From sequence record MN850621.1: DNA of 64,000 nucleotides, one strand, 5' to 3'. Made by a program: the position numbers and the translations under genes. The first letter of the stretch is position 1. Each line of letters opens with the position of its first letter. Source of the stretch: Escherichia phage dhabil. The notes beneath the pieces were generated by a model, which saw only the letters and a program-made list of their open reading frames with translations, had not been told where the DNA came from and did no database searches. Positions 18,488 to 27,166 of the stretch are shown here, piece by piece.

Positions 18488-19056
18488 TAAAAATCTAACA
18501 TTTTTAAATGAATTATTTTGTACTCGATTTCGTATGGGTCTCTTTTGATAGTTTCGATTTCCACAATCTCGAACCGTGATAGACTAGAGACCATGAACTC
18601 ACATTCAGTTTCGACCATATCATAGAGGTCTATCCGGGTTTCATCTATTTCAAGTTCGTCCACATTCCCTGCAAGAACAAGGTCGATAGCATGATTGTAG
18701 TAGTCGAAAATGAACGGTGCATTCCTGAGACTTAAGATGGTTTTAGTTCCATATTCCCACGCCCCTGCGAACTGACGAGCCTGAGAGTATTGTGTACTAA
18801 AAGAAGTAACACGGCCGGGAGACCACTGGCATCCGACAGAAAGAACTTCAAGTTGCTCAAGTTCTCTTGGAGTAATCCCACGATAAAGCTCTACCGGAAC
18901 GACCGAAGTAACATGCTTACGAACTAGTTTGTCTAGGTCATAATGGAAGTTAGGGTCTTTTTTGGCATCCAGACATTTCTCTAACAACGCTTGTTCAGAT
19001 TTTGAAAATTTAGAATTGATTCGGTCTTGATAAAGACATTTTTGTTCGATGTTCAT
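18487..19056 (-). CDS. modB: ModB-like ADP-ribosyltransferase
   Basis: 189 aa; LYRGIT, SFSTQ, ECEFMV motifs parallel to the 17818-18432 paralog. Confidence 0.55.
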   Translation of the reverse strand: MNIEQKCLYQDRINSKFSKSEQALLEKCLDAKKDPNFHYDLDKLVRKHVTSVVPVELYRGITPRELEQLEVLSVGCQWSPGRVTSFSTQYSQARQFAGAWEYGTKTILSLRNAPFIFDYYNHAIDLVLAGNVDELEIDETRIDLYDMVETECEFMVSSLSRFEIVEIETIKRDPYEIEYKIIHLKMLDF

Positions 19057-19058
19057 AT

Positions 19059-19109
19059 GACCTCCAGTGATTTAGAGGTCATTATAACATGAAGGGAGGA
19101 GGTGTAAAC
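19059..19109 (-). promoter_or_regulatory. early promoter with RBS-proximal hairpin
   Basis: Minus GTTTAC (19104-19109), N17, TATAAT (19081-19086); inverted repeat gacctc/gaggtc next to the start codon. Confidence 0.6.
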
Positions 19110-19363
19110 TACTTAAACACACCAAGTGGGACGCCAAACACTGCAATGTCAGCAGCTTGGCCTGTTAAGGATTGGGTATATGAAGTATAAGAGCTTTTTG
19201 GTTGATAAGAGCTTTTTATTTCCGGCGCCTTGGTCATAATCTTAGGAGCTTTTGCCTGAATATTTTTTTGCTCGATTTCCTTACGAGCTTGTTTACGGTC
19301 TATATCTAATGCCGATGTAGGTATATTTGTTAGCCAATTCATTATTTTACCCAAGGTGCCCAT
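19109..19363 (-). CDS. hypothetical protein, 84 aa
   Basis: ATG at 19361-19363. Confidence 0.4.
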   Translation of the reverse strand: MGTLGKIMNWLTNIPTSALDIDRKQARKEIEQKNIQAKAPKIMTKAPEIKSSYQPKSSYTSYTQSLTGQAADIAVFGVPLGVFK

Positions 19364-19530
19364 GGTGGAGGGTCTTGATAGTAAGAAGCTAGGTCGGCCA
19401 GGGCATCTTTAGGCAACTTAAAGCCGTGCTTCTGTATAATCATATCAAGTTCATTGACAAGGTCAATAGGCGGCTCCTGAGTTGTTTCAGGCTCAGGGTC
19501 CGGAATGACGAACATATCAAATAAGTCCAT
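19342..19530 (-). CDS. hypothetical acidic protein, 62 aa
   Basis: ATG at 19528-19530. Confidence 0.4.
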   Translation of the reverse strand: MDLFDMFVIPDPEPETTQEPPIDLVNELDMIIQKHGFKLPKDALADLASYYQDPPPWAPWVK

Positions 19531-20021
19531 TAGTAACCACCGATAGGACCATAACCATACATACGAGCTCGTAACTTAGCATCACGAATAGCTTCTTCAG
19601 TCATAGTAAAACGTAAGCCAATATCAAAGTGTTTCCAAATCTGTCGTTCGACTTCAGTAAGGTCTTCGGTGGTGGAAATCAAATATGTACGACCTTTAAG
19701 ACGTTCGTTGGACATTCTATCAGTATCTTTATAGAAAATATCCATTGTTCCTTCGGCATATGGGTCCGCCGGATAACGATAACCCTTGATATGTAATGCT
19801 TCAGCCAGGCTAAAAGGACACCCCTCAGCAACATCAACATTTTTATTATGATATGCCTTCATTAGAATATTTTCTGGCAGCTTAATATCTTTTAATCGTG
19901 TTTCTAATTGGGTGATAGAATTCATGCCGTTGTCAACAAGGATAAGGGCAGCCGTGGCATCATAAGGCAGCGTTTGACCGGATGAATCACGCACATGGAA
20001 TTCTAGTTCATAAACTTTCAT
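19530..20021 (-). CDS. hypothetical protein, 163 aa
   Basis: ATG at 20019-20021; position of T4 mrh. Confidence 0.45.
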   Translation of the reverse strand: MKVYELEFHVRDSSGQTLPYDATAALILVDNGMNSITQLETRLKDIKLPENILMKAYHNKNVDVAEGCPFSLAEALHIKGYRYPADPYAEGTMDIFYKDTDRMSNERLKGRTYLISTTEDLTEVERQIWKHFDIGLRFTMTEEAIRDAKLRARMYGYGPIGGY

Positions 20022-20171
20022 TATGTTTTCCTCTTTTTAGTTTACCTACTAAAGGGCCATCCGGAATTTTATTTTCCTGGATGTATTTCTCGTTTTCTTC
20101 CATCATTTTACTACCAATTTTAAGAAGCAAATCCATTGCCTCTTTAGTACGTGCTTCAGCTTCTTCAATAG

Positions 20172-20372
20172 TCATGATTTATCCCCATAGATATCACGCA
20201 TAATCCTAAGGGCCTCGCGTTCTAATTTCTTTTCGCGTTCTTCACGGATACCTTTAAGAATCCATTCCTCAGATTCATGTTTCATTTCTGCGTTAGCTTG
20301 GTCTAACCAACCGTCATCAAGATAATCACCAGGACGGTCTAGCCAATCTTTAAGCCATGATAAAGGTTTCAT
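20172..20372 (-). CDS. hypothetical protein, 66 aa
   Basis: ATG at 20370-20372. Confidence 0.4.
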   Translation of the reverse strand: MKPLSWLKDWLDRPGDYLDDGWLDQANAEMKHESEEWILKGIREEREKKLEREALRIMRDIYGDKS

Positions 20373-20689
20373 TAATCACACGAGCTTGACGAAGAGTCAC
20401 AGCTTCCTGAGTCAGAATAAGACGAATCGCCGGTCCAAGAACTAACGGCAGCCGCAACCATAATAGGAGTGGTATCAATATGGTTTGTACGACGAGTTTC
20501 TAGGTGTTCTTTTAACTTTTTAGAATTCAGTGGTAACGCACCAACACCAACATTACCTGCTTTTTCAGGCTGACGGATAACTTCTTCCATCATACCATCA
20601 CCCATGTAAACGTATTCCTTTGGGCCCGAGATAGGAACCATCCCTTCACCAGGTTTGGTCTTGAAAAAATTCTTAAGCCAACGAATCAT
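20372..20689 (-). CDS. hypothetical protein, 105 aa
   Basis: ATG at 20687-20689; Ser/Asp/Cys-rich C-terminus. Confidence 0.4.
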   Translation of the reverse strand: MIRWLKNFFKTKPGEGMVPISGPKEYVYMGDGMMEEVIRQPEKAGNVGVGALPLNSKKLKEHLETRRTNHIDTTPIMVAAAVSSWTGDSSYSDSGSCDSSSSSCD

Positions 20690-20895
20690 AGGAAACCTCG
20701 TTTAAATTCAACTTTATCAATATCATCAGTCTCGTGACGGATTTCGGCATTAAATTCGACAGAACCGTCTTCATGCATCATAAATGAATGGACAATAACT
20801 TCGGTATACCAAGGAGTATAGAAGTACTTTTTCAATACGTGATTAGCGATAATTTCATCCAAAGTTTTATTTGGTTTAATCCAACGATTTAACAT
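20686..20895 (-). CDS. hypothetical protein, 69 aa
   Basis: ATG at 20893-20895, ATGA overlap with the downstream gene. Confidence 0.4.
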   Translation of the reverse strand: MLNRWIKPNKTLDEIIANHVLKKYFYTPWYTEVIVHSFMMHEDGSVEFNAEIRHETDDIDKVEFKRGFL

Positions 20896-20960
20896 AGTGT
20901 TCTCCTCTATAAGATAGGTCTATCTTAACTCGGTCCAATAAGAAAGTAAACCATTAAAAA

Positions 20961-20984
20961 CGAAAAAAGGAACCCGAAGGTTCC
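20961..20984 (-). terminator. intrinsic terminator, UUCG loop
   Basis: Stem GGAACC/GGTTCC 20969-20984, loop cgaa, minus-strand TTTTTTCG; same stem as the terminator at 637-652. Confidence 0.65.
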
Positions 20985-20990
20985 TTATAA

Positions 20991-21224
20991 TTAAACAATA
21001 TCAGTTGGCGTAAACATCGCCGCGTTCTTAGTTCGCCAATCAGCAGCATCAGTAACTACGGTTGAGTAGGCCGCAACTGCAGAAGGGAAAGTCTGATAAT
21101 GAGAATTAGCGATACGATGCTCATTAGAATAGATTTCAAACGGAACCGAAACCTCAGTACCTTTAACTTCTTTACCTTCACCAGCTGGATGCGTAAAGGT
21201 TTTTATATTAACGAAACCACCCAT
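20991..21224 (-). CDS. soc: small outer capsid protein Soc
   Basis: 77 aa; VNIKTF...SHYQTFPSAVAAYSTV matches T4 Soc as recalled. Confidence 0.8.
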   Translation of the reverse strand: MGGFVNIKTFTHPAGEGKEVKGTEVSVPFEIYSNEHRIANSHYQTFPSAVAAYSTVVTDAADWRTKNAAMFTPTDIV

Positions 21225-21392
21225 AATTAACTCCTTTGTTGTTTAATTACAGGCGTATTTATTACTTTGAATTCGCCAAAGCTTCAATGATTTCTCTGTC
21301 TATTTCTTTAGTTATTTCGTTACGTAATAAAATAGCGGCCGAAGCCCTTTTCTTATTCAACTTTTTGAGTTGACGTTTATTTAAACGAGGCA

Positions 21393-21914
21393 TTAATAAC
21401 CTCGGTCTTGACGAGCAAAGTTCTCGGCATTTTTCAGATAATACAGTTTAAAGATTTCTTCAGCGGTCAGTCCAAGACCCTGGAACATATTAAGAACAAA
21501 GTGCAGAATATCAATCATCTCGAATTTGATTTCGAGCTGGTCTTCAGGAGACAACTCGTCAATACGACGATTACGGAATTCAGCATGTTGGGCTTTCCAA
21601 GGCTTCCACACACTAGAGGCAGCTTTTTCGCCATTACTCATACCGCCAAGAGAAGTCAGCAGTTCACGGAATTCATCATCAATATAATCTTTCTGGTTGC
21701 GAAGCCAATCAACAACTTGACCTGCTGTAGCTAGTTCATCAGGATTGGTGTTGAATTCCGATTTTTCAGTGGCCAGACGAACCTGTAATGATTTCTGCAT
21801 ATCAAGCATAACTTGCAGAGGGTCTTTATCTTCGTGAATCAGAGCATTAAAATAAGCTTCTTCAGCTTTATCAGCACCAGCAATAAGTTGAGAACATTCA
21901 TTAAAATGAGCCAT
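21393..21914 (-). CDS. 56: dCTP pyrophosphatase (gene 56)
   Basis: 173 aa; size and position between soc and 61 as T4 gp56. Confidence 0.65.
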   Translation of the reverse strand: MAHFNECSQLIAGADKAEEAYFNALIHEDKDPLQVMLDMQKSLQVRLATEKSEFNTNPDELATAGQVVDWLRNQKDYIDDEFRELLTSLGGMSNGEKAASSVWKPWKAQHAEFRNRRIDELSPEDQLEIKFEMIDILHFVLNMFQGLGLTAEEIFKLYYLKNAENFARQDRGY

Positions 21915-22005
21915 TATATTTTTCCTTTTTCAATTCATTAATAAGTTAGATAATTATAAACTGTTAGACTAAAGCGAATAAATATTAATTTAACAGGAGG
22001 ATAAC

Positions 22006-22206
22006 ATGGGCAGTATTTTTTACCAAATCTGGAAATTGGCAGAAAAGAAAGACAAGAAAATGATGTTAGGTTTTCTTGCGCTAGACGTATTCCTTTGGAA
22101 TCTTCTAGTAGTCCCTGTAGCCGCTAGCCAAGGGGTAATTTTACCAGCGGTTACAATGGAACACGTGTTAAGCATAATTGGATTCTTTAGCGGAGTTCCT
22201 GTCTAA
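22006..22206 (+). CDS. hypothetical membrane protein, 66 aa; only plus-strand candidate with a strong RBS
   Basis: AGGAGG at 21995-22000, 5-nt spacer, ATG at 22006; hydrophobic C-terminal half; lies in the 56-61 intergenic gap. Confidence 0.4.
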   Translation: MGSIFYQIWKLAEKKDKKMMLGFLALDVFLWNLLVVPVAASQGVILPAVTMEHVLSIIGFFSGVPV

Positions 22207-23231
22207 ATTTTAGAATATTTTGAAAGCCTCATTTTTGCCATTAACCCTTGGGCTATATTAGCTTTCATATATGCCAATACATCATTTATATCAGCTTTAT
22301 CTTTCATAACCATATCATTTATATCTTTAGAAGGCCACGGAGCCTTGTCCCAGAATAGAACCCTTTCGCCAGCATCAACTAGGCGTTGCATACGCTTAAT
22401 TGTGTCAGGATGACGGGGTTCATTGTCCATTACCCACGCTCTTGTTTCTTTACATGGAACTACTGATAAGTCTAATGACCCACCAGTAATTGCTATGGCA
22501 TTAGGGACAAATAAAGAATCAATAGGACCTTCCATTACCCACACCAATTGACGTTCGTCAACTGTATCCATTCCATATATTTTTGTAGCTTGGTCATGAG
22601 CTTTTATTGTAATATATTTTTGTGGAGCATCTTTACGTAAGGCTCGGCCCTGAAAACTTTCTATTTGTTTATCCTTATTGAAAATAGGAATAACCAAACG
22701 AGGCTCAGGCATTTCTTTAGAATAGGTTCCTGGATTAACTGAGTTAACCAATGCAGGCCATTCTTTAGTAAACCATAACCGATTCCATTTATTTTCAGGA
22801 ATGCACCGCAACGTCACATATTTGATAATAGGATGGTCCTTCGGCATTCTATCTAATCGTTCGCAGAAATTAAGCTTTTCAATGACAGGCATCTTAGCTT
22901 TAATTTTTTCAGATATCTCCACCTTAGGTGCAGCTTGTCTCCCGAACGATTGCTCTTTATGTTTCTCAAGAATATATTCCCGATATAAATCAGGTTCGTA
23001 TTCGTATAGGTACTTCTTAATTCCTGCCGAATAATCACAGTTAAAACAGTGTAGCATTACAGAGCCGTCATTGGCCGGATAGGCCCAGAATCGAGCTTTG
23101 TTTTCATCTTTTTGGGAGTCACCACATACACGGCAACGACAGTTTAATTTAAAATCACTACCAGTTACTTGTCTGAATTTAGGTTGGTAATTCAAGGCAC
23201 GTACAGCAAATTCTCTATCGACATATGACAT
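22203..23231 (-). CDS. 61: DNA primase (gene 61)
   Basis: 342 aa; zinc ribbon CRCRVCGD...CFNCD and TOPRIM EGPIDS; same length as T4 gp61. Confidence 0.9.
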   Translation of the reverse strand: MSYVDREFAVRALNYQPKFRQVTGSDFKLNCRCRVCGDSQKDENKARFWAYPANDGSVMLHCFNCDYSAGIKKYLYEYEPDLYREYILEKHKEQSFGRQAAPKVEISEKIKAKMPVIEKLNFCERLDRMPKDHPIIKYVTLRCIPENKWNRLWFTKEWPALVNSVNPGTYSKEMPEPRLVIPIFNKDKQIESFQGRALRKDAPQKYITIKAHDQATKIYGMDTVDERQLVWVMEGPIDSLFVPNAIAITGGSLDLSVVPCKETRAWVMDNEPRHPDTIKRMQRLVDAGERVLFWDKAPWPSKDINDMVMKDKADINDVLAYMKANIAQGLMAKMRLSKYSKI

Positions 23232-23269
23232 TATTTTTCCTTGGGCTCTAAATTAATAGAGCCATTATA

Positions 23270-23431
23270 TCATTCGTTTTCGGATTTTTCTTTACGCTTT
23301 TTAGATGGGATTTGTTCAGGCCCTTTGTTGACGACTGCGCCTGAGGTAGTTCCGGAGGCAATATTAGATGGATTTCCATCAGCATCGCCTGCGACCATAT
23401 CTTCGTTCATAACTTCTTTAAAAGATTTCAT
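23270..23431 (-). CDS. small charged protein, 53 aa
   Basis: ATG at 23429-23431 with SD AGGAG; TATAAATA 14 nt upstream. Confidence 0.35.
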   Translation of the reverse strand: MKSFKEVMNEDMVAGDADGNPSNIASGTTSGAVVNKGPEQIPSKKRKEKSENE

Positions 23432-23444
23432 AGGCTCCTGGCCT

Positions 23445-23452
23445 TATTTATA
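23445..23452 (-). promoter_or_regulatory. T4 late-promoter-like TATAAATA box
   Basis: Exact minus-strand TATAAATA (plus tatttata) upstream of the 53-aa ORF. Confidence 0.45.
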
Positions 23453-23639
23453 TTACGAAAATAGCTTTATCACCATTTGCATCAGTGACTTCATACGTAT
23501 CTTCGTGGTAAAGTGGAATAATCCAAGTTAAGCCATCACCTGCAATAATATGGATAGCTTCTTGGTCTTTTGATACGATTTCATATTCTTCGAACAGTTC
23601 GAATACAGAAATCTTAGAGCCTGTACACATTGCAGTCAT
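23448..23639 (-). CDS. hypothetical protein, 63 aa
   Basis: ATG at 23637-23639; 61.x interval. Confidence 0.4.
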   Translation of the reverse strand: MTAMCTGSKISVFELFEEYEIVSKDQEAIHIIAGDGLTWIIPLYHEDTYEVTDANGDKAIFVI

Positions 23640-23640
23640 A

Positions 23641-24081
23641 TTAACCTCGGTTCATAAAGGCATTAAAAATCTGGTCGTCGATTGAATAAACCGGAGCTTC
23701 CAGAATTTTCAACAGACTGTTTTTGATATACTTGCTAGGGATATCCATATTAACGGCATCATTCAATTCGTTGTCCCGGAGGATATCTTTAAATTCAAAC
23801 CCTTCAAACTCAACCTTGTCAGGAATACCATCAGAGAAAAAATAAACCAATTGGTGCATTGTATTACATGAAAATAATTTAGACTTCACTGCAATAAGTT
23901 CTTCCCAGTGGTTTAATTCTCTATTAAGAAGTTTATGGGCAAATATAATCCTATCATCACTATCAACAAGAAAATAACCTAGGTACTGGTGGTCGTCGCT
24001 CCAAAACATCCTGTATGCTTGTGCATTTGGATTTTTACAACGAAGCTTTTTGATAACTAAATTTCTGTTAATCTTATTCAC
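23641..24081 (-). CDS. hypothetical protein, 146 aa
   Basis: Starts at GTG 24079-24081 with SD AGAGGTGA; no in-frame ATG near the start. Confidence 0.4.
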   Translation of the reverse strand: MNKINRNLVIKKLRCKNPNAQAYRMFWSDDHQYLGYFLVDSDDRIIFAHKLLNRELNHWEELIAVKSKLFSCNTMHQLVYFFSDGIPDKVEFEGFEFKDILRDNELNDAVNMDIPSKYIKNSLLKILEAPVYSIDDQIFNAFMNRG

Positions 24082-24367
24082 CTGTCACCTCTTTAACAAT
24101 ATTTTTGTTATCGAAATTAGCATCACAGTACAGAACATAGTTATACTGCATAACACCACTAGAAGCCAATTGGTCAGATACTTCTTTAACCATATCAGGA
24201 CGGTCGCGTTTAGTGATGTTCATGATATCAGCGTAAATCTGATGTTCAACTGACTCTTGGTCTGCAGTCATAGACCATTCACAAAGGTCTTTATCCAATC
24301 CGGCAGTTACCGGAGCCGTGCCACATGATGCTACTGTAAGGATTGCTGCGATTAATAACTTTTTCAT
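24074..24367 (-). CDS. sp: Spackle-like periplasmic protein
   Basis: 97 aa with signal peptide MKKLLIAAILTVASCGTAP; size and position between 61 and dmd as T4 sp. Confidence 0.6.
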   Translation of the reverse strand: MKKLLIAAILTVASCGTAPVTAGLDKDLCEWSMTADQESVEHQIYADIMNITKRDRPDMVKEVSDQLASSGVMQYNYVLYCDANFDNKNIVKEVTGE

Positions 24368-24384
24368 TTTTAACTCCTCATTAG

Positions 24385-24426
24385 TTGATAAGGCCTATAG
24401 TATCACTACCATAGACCGTTGTAAAC
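24385..24426 (-). promoter_or_regulatory. T4-early-type promoter cassette
   Basis: Minus GTTTAC (24421-24426), N18, TACTAT (24397-24402); TTGATAAGG core variant. Confidence 0.5.
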
Positions 24427-24427
24427 T

Positions 24428-24667
24428 TTATTTTAACGAATCTTCTAAATAAATTTTACGGAATTTACGTTTGGTCTGACGAATCTGACGCTTAGTAGGC
24501 TTCACAGGAAATTCGAAGAACTCTACATATTCCTGTTCATAATCATTATGACCTACTGAAAGAACTAGTTCCCAGCTGCTTACGGTGCGTTGGATAAACA
24601 TATTATGTTTACCAAAAGATTTATTCCAAAAAGAGCTAGGGGTTGGCTTCATTAATACAATATTCAT
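24428..24667 (-). CDS. hypothetical protein, 79 aa
   Basis: ATG at 24665-24667. Confidence 0.4.
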   Translation of the reverse strand: MNIVLMKPTPSSFWNKSFGKHNMFIQRTVSSWELVLSVGHNDYEQEYVEFFEFPVKPTKRQIRQTKRKFRKIYLEDSLK

Positions 24668-24808
24668 TTATTCCTCGTCTTCGTGTTTATGAGCAATTTC
24701 TTCGTATTCGCTATTGCAGTCTAAACAAGTTGCGTTGTCCCAAGCATCAAATACCGCCTGGTCTTCACATACCGAACAACCACATACTACACATTCAACC
24801 TCTTCCAT
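24668..24808 (-). CDS. zinc-ribbon protein, 46 aa
   Basis: MEEVECVVCGCSVCEDQ...CLDCNSEY; two Cys pairs; below ORF-track cut-off. Confidence 0.4.
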   Translation of the reverse strand: MEEVECVVCGCSVCEDQAVFDAWDNATCLDCNSEYEEIAHKHEDEE

Positions 24809-25012
24809 TTAGATTTCCTCAATGCGGGCATCATATTCAAAAACTTTATTGTCATTAACAAAGGCTTTCACCAGTGCATTATTCACTTCTGCATACTGCA
24901 CTGTAACCCATTCAATCATTTTTTGGTCACTAACATCCAGCGCAGTTTCTTTGGTAAACATATTACCGTTTTCAAACCAACCAATAAACACTACGTTCTC
25001 TAATTTATACAT
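24809..25012 (-). CDS. dmd: Dmd-like antitoxin (inhibitor of RnlA/LsoA)
   Basis: 67 aa; VVFIGWFENGNMFTKE...YAEVNNALVKAF resembles T4 Dmd as recalled; position beside gene 41. Confidence 0.55.
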   Translation of the reverse strand: MYKLENVVFIGWFENGNMFTKETALDVSDQKMIEWVTVQYAEVNNALVKAFVNDNKVFEYDARIEEI

Positions 25013-25330
25013 TTAGATTTCCTCACAGAAGGCCCATTCAGCGTGATAAACCGTAGCGCCTTTGGTATCATTTAAACAAACCACATCTACCGGAGCAATT
25101 ACACGATAAAGACGAGGTTCTCCTCCCACCGAACGAGCAGCTCGTCCAGCATAAATCTTAGCCAAACCAATGTCCTCAGTAAAGAACACACGATTTAGGT
25201 TTTTCTTACGACCAGTTTCAGACAGAACTCCTGTTTCCTCAGGAGGACAAAGCATATTACCAATATTAGCAACACTACAACTTCCATGATAATACACTTT
25301 ATATTCTGCTTTACAGTCGATGGTTTTCAT
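25013..25330 (-). CDS. hypothetical protein, 105 aa
   Basis: ORF-track start 25342 lies in the promoter; moved to ATG 25328-25330 with SD GGAGAA; contains YYHGS motif. Confidence 0.4.
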   Translation of the reverse strand: MKTIDCKAEYKVYYHGSCSVANIGNMLCPPEETGVLSETGRKKNLNRVFFTEDIGLAKIYAGRAARSVGGEPRLYRVIAPVDVVCLNDTKGATVYHAEWAFCEEI

Positions 25331-25334
25331 TTTG

Positions 25335-25383
25335 TTCTCCAAGTTGATAGGTCTATAGTATCATGCCTACAGGAGAAGTAAAC
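25335..25383 (-). promoter_or_regulatory. promoter cassette with RBS-pairing arms
   Basis: Exact 20-mer core; minus GTTTAC (25378-25383), N17, TACTAT; arms ttctcc/ggagaa. Confidence 0.6.
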
Positions 25384-25390
25384 CCTTAAA

Positions 25391-25412
25391 ACAAAAAAGG
25401 AGCCGAAGCTCC
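25391..25412 (-). terminator. intrinsic terminator, UUCG loop
   Basis: Stem GGAGC/GCTCC 25399-25412, loop cgaa, minus-strand TTTTTTG; directly after the gene 41 stop. Confidence 0.6.
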
Positions 25413-26852
25413 TTAAAATTTGATAGATGCTGCTAAATCGTCTAAATCGCTTCTATTAACACGCGACTGGCGATTGACCTCTGCTTGGCGGTTCATTTCA
25501 CCTGTAGCCTCACGAACGGTGTTCACTGGACCTGGGTTAGAATCGTCTTCAACTTCATACCAACGCTGGTTTCCTTTCTTAACACCAATCTTAAATTTGT
25601 TGTAGTAGCTCTTATCGCCATAACGAGATTTAAGCTGCTTAACCATCTGCATACCCATCTGAGCAAACTCTTCTGTCTCGACCACACCTAACATGAAGTC
25701 TGCCGTATGTGCAATACCAAAGGATTCAGCAATATCGGCCATATCGATTTCGGCCGCAACATTCGCACCACGAGTAGTCTGGGCTGCAGTCCACAGCAAT
25801 AATTTCTTCTCTACTGCAAGGCCACGTAGTTCTTCGGCAACCATCTTAATCAATCCGTAACTGTTTTCAGAGAAAACTTTCGTACGAGATGAAGCACAGA
25901 TAGCCAAGTAGTCGACGATAACGACCTGTGGGACAAAGTTTTGTTTGAGCTTGTATTCGTTTAATAATGCACGGAATGTATCGGCATTAGCACCACCAGT
26001 AGGGTACTGTTTAATCTTTAAACGACCTAAAGTAGCAGTTGAACGCCACTTATCCATCTTAGCTTTATATTCAGGCCATGAGACGTGACCATCATCAATA
26101 TCATCCAGTGATACATCCAGAAGGTTGGCATCGATACGCTTAGCACATACTTCCTCTGCCATCTCCATGGAGATATAAAGAACATCATAACCGGATTGAA
26201 GGTAATCAGCAGCCAATGAACATAGTCCAAGAGACTTACCTACGTTTGTTCCTGCCAACAATACGTTTTCAGTACCAAACTCAGCGCCACCCTTGGTAAT
26301 CTTATTCAGAATATTAAGACGGAATGGAACCTTACGGGCTTTATCAGAATAACTTTTAAAACGTTCTTCATAGTCATCCATCCAGTCATGGCCTAATTCA
26401 GAATCGAAACAAATCGATAATGCATCGCGCATGATATCCGGAATGGCACCAATACCTGGGAGTTTTCTATTTTGTTGCTCAACCGGAAGGTCGGCATTAG
26501 TTTGAATTTCAATAATTTTTGAAGTGGCATTATACATCGCTGCCTTCTGAACATATTTCTCTGTCTCTTTAACCAACCATTCTTGGTCTTCAGGGCCTGC
26601 ATTCAGAGAATTTAAAAGCTCTTTAGCTCCTTGGTGTTCAACTTCTGAAAGGGTGCTGTTATCTAATGCAATACTCAAAGCATTTTTAGAAGGCACCGCA
26701 TTATATTCATTGACATGTTTTTTTATTTCTTTGAAAAGGGTCTTTGCCGGACCCTGGTCAAAATAAGAATCATTCATATAAGGCCAGACCTTAGTGAAAT
26801 AATCACTATTGCCTAGCAGTTGAGCCAAAATAGTTTCTACCACTTCCACCAC
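25413..26852 (-). CDS. 41: replicative DNA helicase (gene 41, DnaB-like)
   Basis: 479 aa; starts with GTG; Walker A GTNVGKSLG; N-terminus MVEVVETILAQL parallels T4 gp41. Confidence 0.9.
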   Translation of the reverse strand: MVEVVETILAQLLGNSDYFTKVWPYMNDSYFDQGPAKTLFKEIKKHVNEYNAVPSKNALSIALDNSTLSEVEHQGAKELLNSLNAGPEDQEWLVKETEKYVQKAAMYNATSKIIEIQTNADLPVEQQNRKLPGIGAIPDIMRDALSICFDSELGHDWMDDYEERFKSYSDKARKVPFRLNILNKITKGGAEFGTENVLLAGTNVGKSLGLCSLAADYLQSGYDVLYISMEMAEEVCAKRIDANLLDVSLDDIDDGHVSWPEYKAKMDKWRSTATLGRLKIKQYPTGGANADTFRALLNEYKLKQNFVPQVVIVDYLAICASSRTKVFSENSYGLIKMVAEELRGLAVEKKLLLWTAAQTTRGANVAAEIDMADIAESFGIAHTADFMLGVVETEEFAQMGMQMVKQLKSRYGDKSYYNKFKIGVKKGNQRWYEVEDDSNPGPVNTVREATGEMNRQAEVNRQSRVNRSDLDDLAASIKF

Positions 26853-27166
26853 CTCTTAGATTTAATTTTATCCAGTTCTTCTTGTATTTGCATTGTAACA
26901 CATTTTTCTACATGAAGCGCTAGCTCTTCTTTTCGGTCTTCGGAAGGAGTTCCGAAATCAACCGACACTTTTCCATCTTTCTCAATAACAATATTCATCA
27001 CATAAATGATGTGAGCAGTGCCATCGGGTAATGTAAGCATAATTTCCTGCTTAACAGAACCCATTGACTTACGGATTATATCTAACGATTTCTCATAATA
27101 ACGAGGGTCACTAGGACCCTCTTCAGTATCTTTAACAAAATTATCTAAATCAGATAAATCAGTCAT
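26837..27166 (-). CDS. hypothetical protein, 109 aa, at the position of T4 gene 40
   Basis: ATG at 27164-27166; between uvsX and 41. Confidence 0.45.
   Translation of the reverse strand: MTDLSDLDNFVKDTEEGPSDPRYYEKSLDIIRKSMGSVKQEIMLTLPDGTAHIIYVMNIVIEKDGKVSVDFGTPSEDRKEELALHVEKCVTMQIQEELDKIKSKRWWKW

Noticed and set aside
21255-21262. Late promoter for soc (minus-strand AATAAATA)
   Set aside because: One mismatch from the strict TATAAATA late consensus; not called without transcript evidence.
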